From contig JBBKWS010000146.1 of NCBI GenBank assembly GCA_037969075.1, positions 1 through 20,275 on the forward strand: a stretch of DNA of 20,275 bases, written 5' to 3'. This document shows positions 17,562-20,275 of the stretch, piece by piece. Source of the stretch: Bdellovibrionales bacterium. Lineage in GTDB: Bacteria; Bdellovibrionota; Bdellovibrionia; Bdellovibrionales; UBA840. The notes beneath the pieces are model-generated. The model saw nothing but the letters and a program-made list of their open reading frames with translations. It was not told the DNA's origin and made no database searches. The position numbers and the translations under genes were made by a program. Within the stretch, counting starts at the first letter, position 1; each line of letters begins with the position of its first letter.

Positions 17562-18328
17562 TGAGCACACTATATTTAACTAAAATTTTAATATCTCTGG
17601 CGTGCCTATTACAATCTGTAGAGTTAATTTTATTATATAAATTCTGGAAGAAAGATGCAGTATGGGATTGGGATGTTTTAAAAATTGGCAGATCTAAATT
17701 TTCACAGCTAACTTTGTCTGCTTTTTTAAAACCATCAAACTATCTATCTTTACTTATTTTAAATATCTGCGTAGCTCTACTTGGTATATTTACTCTCAAC
17801 TATTATGTAGTTCCAATATTATTACTTACTACAACATTAAGTTCTATTCGTTGGGGTGGCACTTTTAATGGCGGTAGCGATTACATGACTTTACTTGTTT
17901 TACTAATGTCCAGCGGGGCGTTATTAATTCCTAAGTGGTCACATTACTTTTGGTTCTATCTAGGTATTCAGGTAATTCTATCATATTTTATTTCTGGTTT
18001 TTTTAAACTTAAAAATAAAGATTGGCGAAACGGCGAGTCACTAAAAAAATTGCTTCAGGGTTCAAACTATAATATACCAAGTAATATTAAGATTTTAGCG
18101 AACAATAGGCCGGTTATACTTTTTTTATCTTGGCTGGTGATTTTATTTGAGCTTTCTTCAATTGCTGTATTTATTAACCTAACGGTTTGCTTGGCGTATA
18201 TTGCGATAGCTTTTATTTTTCATGTCGTAAATTTTTATATACTTGGTTTAAACCGCTTTGTGTTTGCCTGGCTGGCAGCCTATCCAGCTTTATATTTTTT
18301 AATCTCTTATATACACCAAATCAACTGA
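17558..18328 (+). CDS. HTTM-domain membrane protein (SdpB / vitamin K-dependent carboxylase-like superfamily)
   Basis: Multiple transmembrane helices, FNGGSD, Q....YFISGFFKL...WRNGE, W..ILFE, FH..NFYILGLNRF..AW. Confidence 0.85.
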   Translation: MMSTLYLTKILISLACLLQSVELILLYKFWKKDAVWDWDVLKIGRSKFSQLTLSAFLKPSNYLSLLILNICVALLGIFTLNYYVVPILLLTTTLSSIRWGGTFNGGSDYMTLLVLLMSSGALLIPKWSHYFWFYLGIQVILSYFISGFFKLKNKDWRNGESLKKLLQGSNYNIPSNIKILANNRPVILFLSWLVILFELSSIAVFINLTVCLAYIAIAFIFHVVNFYILGLNRFVFAWLAAYPALYFLISYIHQIN

Positions 18329-18344
18329 TACTCGTAATTGGCTA

Positions 18345-19520
18345 TTAACCTTGAAATCTTCTGGCTGAAATCCAATTAGGAATACTACGACCAAAAATTA
18401 AATCTACCAGAATTTTTGAGGTATTAAAAGCAAGTCCAATACCATGACCTGTATACCCACCGGCGAAAAAAATCGATGGGTCTTCTGGAATTGACCCTAC
18501 CATTGGCTCCCCATCTTTTGAAAAACCCATGATTCCACTCCAGCGATGAGTGACTTTTGCCTGATTTAATTTTGGCAAATAGGTTTTCACAAAATCATGT
18601 AGAGAATTTTGAATCACATCGGTAATATGATCAGAGGTTCCGATCTCTGTTTCTTTCTCTAACTGACGAAATCCACCAATCAACAATTCACCCGTTGGTG
18701 TTTGGCGAAAATAGTCTAAATAAAAATTAGCGTAGCAAGGGGCTTCCATAAAACGAGGTACCGCTTCGGTCATCAAGCACTGAGCACGGGTAGCATAAAT
18801 CTTATCCTTAAAGTAGGGGTGTAACTGTGAAGAGTACCCATTAAGCGCCAAGACAACCATTGAGCAAACAAAATCACCCTTATCTGTCTTTAAAACTTTA
18901 TCTCCGCTACCAGAGGTTTGAATGCTGTCGACTTCGACACCTTCAAAAACCGGTGATTTTATTTTTGATTTCATTAATTGCAAAAGAGCAACCGGATTTG
19001 TAGATGCATCCCCTAAATATTTAATCCCGCCGACAAAGTTAACCGCGCCTAAACGTTTTTCAATGTCATTTCCCTCAATAATTTCAGTGGGGATTTTTAA
19101 ACTTGTCATAATGTCAGAGCATTTTTTTAATTCATCAAACTCATTGGCTTGCGCCGCCAAAGAATAGGCGCCGGTACATTCGAATTGAATTTTTTCAGAA
19201 TCATTTTGAACAATTTCTTCTTTTAATAAAGAAAGATTAGTTTCAGAAAATTTCCAAATCTCTAGAGCCTGATCAACGCCATGTTTAGAAATCATTCGAT
19301 TGAAATGTTCAACCGATCCGCAGGTCACAAAACCCGCGTTTCTTCCTGAGGCTCCAAAGCCTATACGATTTTTTTCGACAATGGCAATACGCAGATTTGG
19401 GTCCTCTTTTTCTAACCAGTAGGCCGTAGACAGCCCGGTGATTCCGGCACCTACGATAACCACATCAAATTCTTGTGCCTTTGTAGTAGAACTCGAATCC
19501 AACCAAAACGAAGTACTCAT
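18345..19520 (-). CDS. FAD-dependent oxidoreductase, DAO / PuuB-like family
   Basis: VVIVGAGITG, GASGRNAG, WSGIMGFSKDGEP, GYTGHG. Start moved to ATG 19520 (MSTSFW), which gives an ATGA overlap with the upstream GNAT and a GGGGGA SD. Confidence 0.92.
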   Translation of the reverse strand: MSTSFWLDSSSTTKAQEFDVVIVGAGITGLSTAYWLEKEDPNLRIAIVEKNRIGFGASGRNAGFVTCGSVEHFNRMISKHGVDQALEIWKFSETNLSLLKEEIVQNDSEKIQFECTGAYSLAAQANEFDELKKCSDIMTSLKIPTEIIEGNDIEKRLGAVNFVGGIKYLGDASTNPVALLQLMKSKIKSPVFEGVEVDSIQTSGSGDKVLKTDKGDFVCSMVVLALNGYSSQLHPYFKDKIYATRAQCLMTEAVPRFMEAPCYANFYLDYFRQTPTGELLIGGFRQLEKETEIGTSDHITDVIQNSLHDFVKTYLPKLNQAKVTHRWSGIMGFSKDGEPMVGSIPEDPSIFFAGGYTGHGIGLAFNTSKILVDLIFGRSIPNWISARRFQG

Positions 19521-20086
19521 ATATCCCCCAGATCTAAATACATCTCCAAAGCCGTACATTGGCAAGGAGGTTTTAAGCAATGCGTACAATTATAATCAAC
19601 ATCTTGCCAATACAGTGGATGCTCCGCGATAGCTTGAAAGCCCATTTTTTCTAGATACCTGGCTGAAGAGTTATGCGGACTCTGTTTCCAAGAATGGCAA
19701 ACAACACCCTTAGCTTCCAATTCTTTTAAAACTTCTATAGACCTAATGGACAATCTAGATCCCCAACCCTCGCCTTGTGTTGCACGAGCTAGGAACAAAG
19801 ATTGAAAGTAAGCCGTATCCTTTAAAGCATGTGGCCATTTTTCGACACACAAGCCCGATCCCTTTCCGTGGCTCCACTTGCCTGGTGGCAAAGTAAAGCG
19901 CAGGCCAAAAATTTTCGAATCTTTTTTTAATAAAAAAGAGCACATCTTGCCATCCACTTGTGAACGATCAAAAATATCTTGAAGATCTTCCAACGAATAG
20001 TATCCAGCGCCAATCTCCAGGTCGGCAAATTCTTTTAATCGAAGCAAATCTGTGCTCTTAAGTTCTTGAATTTCAAAATCTTTCAT
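19517..20086 (-). CDS. GNAT-family acetyltransferase with Cys-rich C-terminal motif
   Basis: Acetyl-CoA motif A (QSLFLARATQGEGWGSRL), N..SARYLEKMGF, CTHCLKPPCQC. SD AGGA. Confidence 0.8.
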   Translation of the reverse strand: MKDFEIQELKSTDLLRLKEFADLEIGAGYYSLEDLQDIFDRSQVDGKMCSFLLKKDSKIFGLRFTLPPGKWSHGKGSGLCVEKWPHALKDTAYFQSLFLARATQGEGWGSRLSIRSIEVLKELEAKGVVCHSWKQSPHNSSARYLEKMGFQAIAEHPLYWQDVDYNCTHCLKPPCQCTALEMYLDLGDI

Positions 20087-20160
20087 GGGTATTCCTAGTT
20101 GTATTTAAAAAATATTTAGTTCAAGCCCTAGGCCTGTTTGATATAAGCCACTAGTGAAAT

Positions 20161-20253
20161 TGGCGGAGAGGGAGAGATTCGAACTCTCGGTACAGGTTTA
20201 CCCTGTACGACGATTTAGCAAACCGTTGGTTTCAGCCACTCACCCACCTCTCC
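20161..20253 (-). tRNA. tRNA-Ser(GCT)
   Basis: The reverse complement folds as a cloverleaf: acceptor stem GGAGAGG/CCTCTCC, anticodon arm ACGGT-TTGCTAA-ATCGT, long variable arm GTACAGG-GTAAA-CCTGTAC, TTCGAAT T-loop, encoded GCCA end. Confidence 0.98.
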
Positions 20254-20275
20254 GTGGACCTGTTTATTGCTGAAG

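Noticed and set aside
19521..19589. N-terminal extension of the oxidoreductase ORF
   Set aside because: It lies inside the GNAT gene; ATG 19520 gives a canonical ATGA overlap.
20161..20200. tRNA-Ser 3' end as an att site for a genomic island
   Set aside because: I saw no second copy of the tRNA 3' end and no integrase in the window. A repeat outside the window cannot be excluded.

Overview
AT-rich bacterial chromosomal window. Gene content and style suggest a Bdellovibrionota-like predator, which is an inference only. In order it holds: (1) the C-lobe of a Ser/Thr-kinase-like gene cut by the window edge; (2) a eukaryote-like class Ia ribonucleotide reductase operon, nrdB-nrdA, with tandem NrdR boxes, a DnaA-box-like repeat and a bidirectional terminator; (3) an M19 dipeptidase and a RimJ/RimL GNAT on the minus strand; (4) an NTF2/SnoaL and DUF1295 pair; (5) a Tyr-rich lipoprotein with a sigma54-type promoter; (6) a two-gene secreted module of a 1049-aa unknown protein with a degenerate kinase-like signature and a ~1026-aa S8 subtilase; (7) a secreted hypothetical with an (AT)7 tract in its signal peptide; (8) a Bcr/CflA exporter; (9) an SdpA/SdpB-like small protein plus HTTM pair; (10) a GNAT and PuuB/DAO-like oxidase pair; (11) tRNA-Ser(GCT). 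No CRISPR array, transposase, integrase or prophage gene was seen. The best leads are the giant protein/subtilase module, the orphan SdpAB-like pair, three genes with the same leaderless architecture (TANNNT-6 nt-ATG), and a terminal CxxLF motif on the kinase. All family calls come from motif recognition by eye, not database searches.
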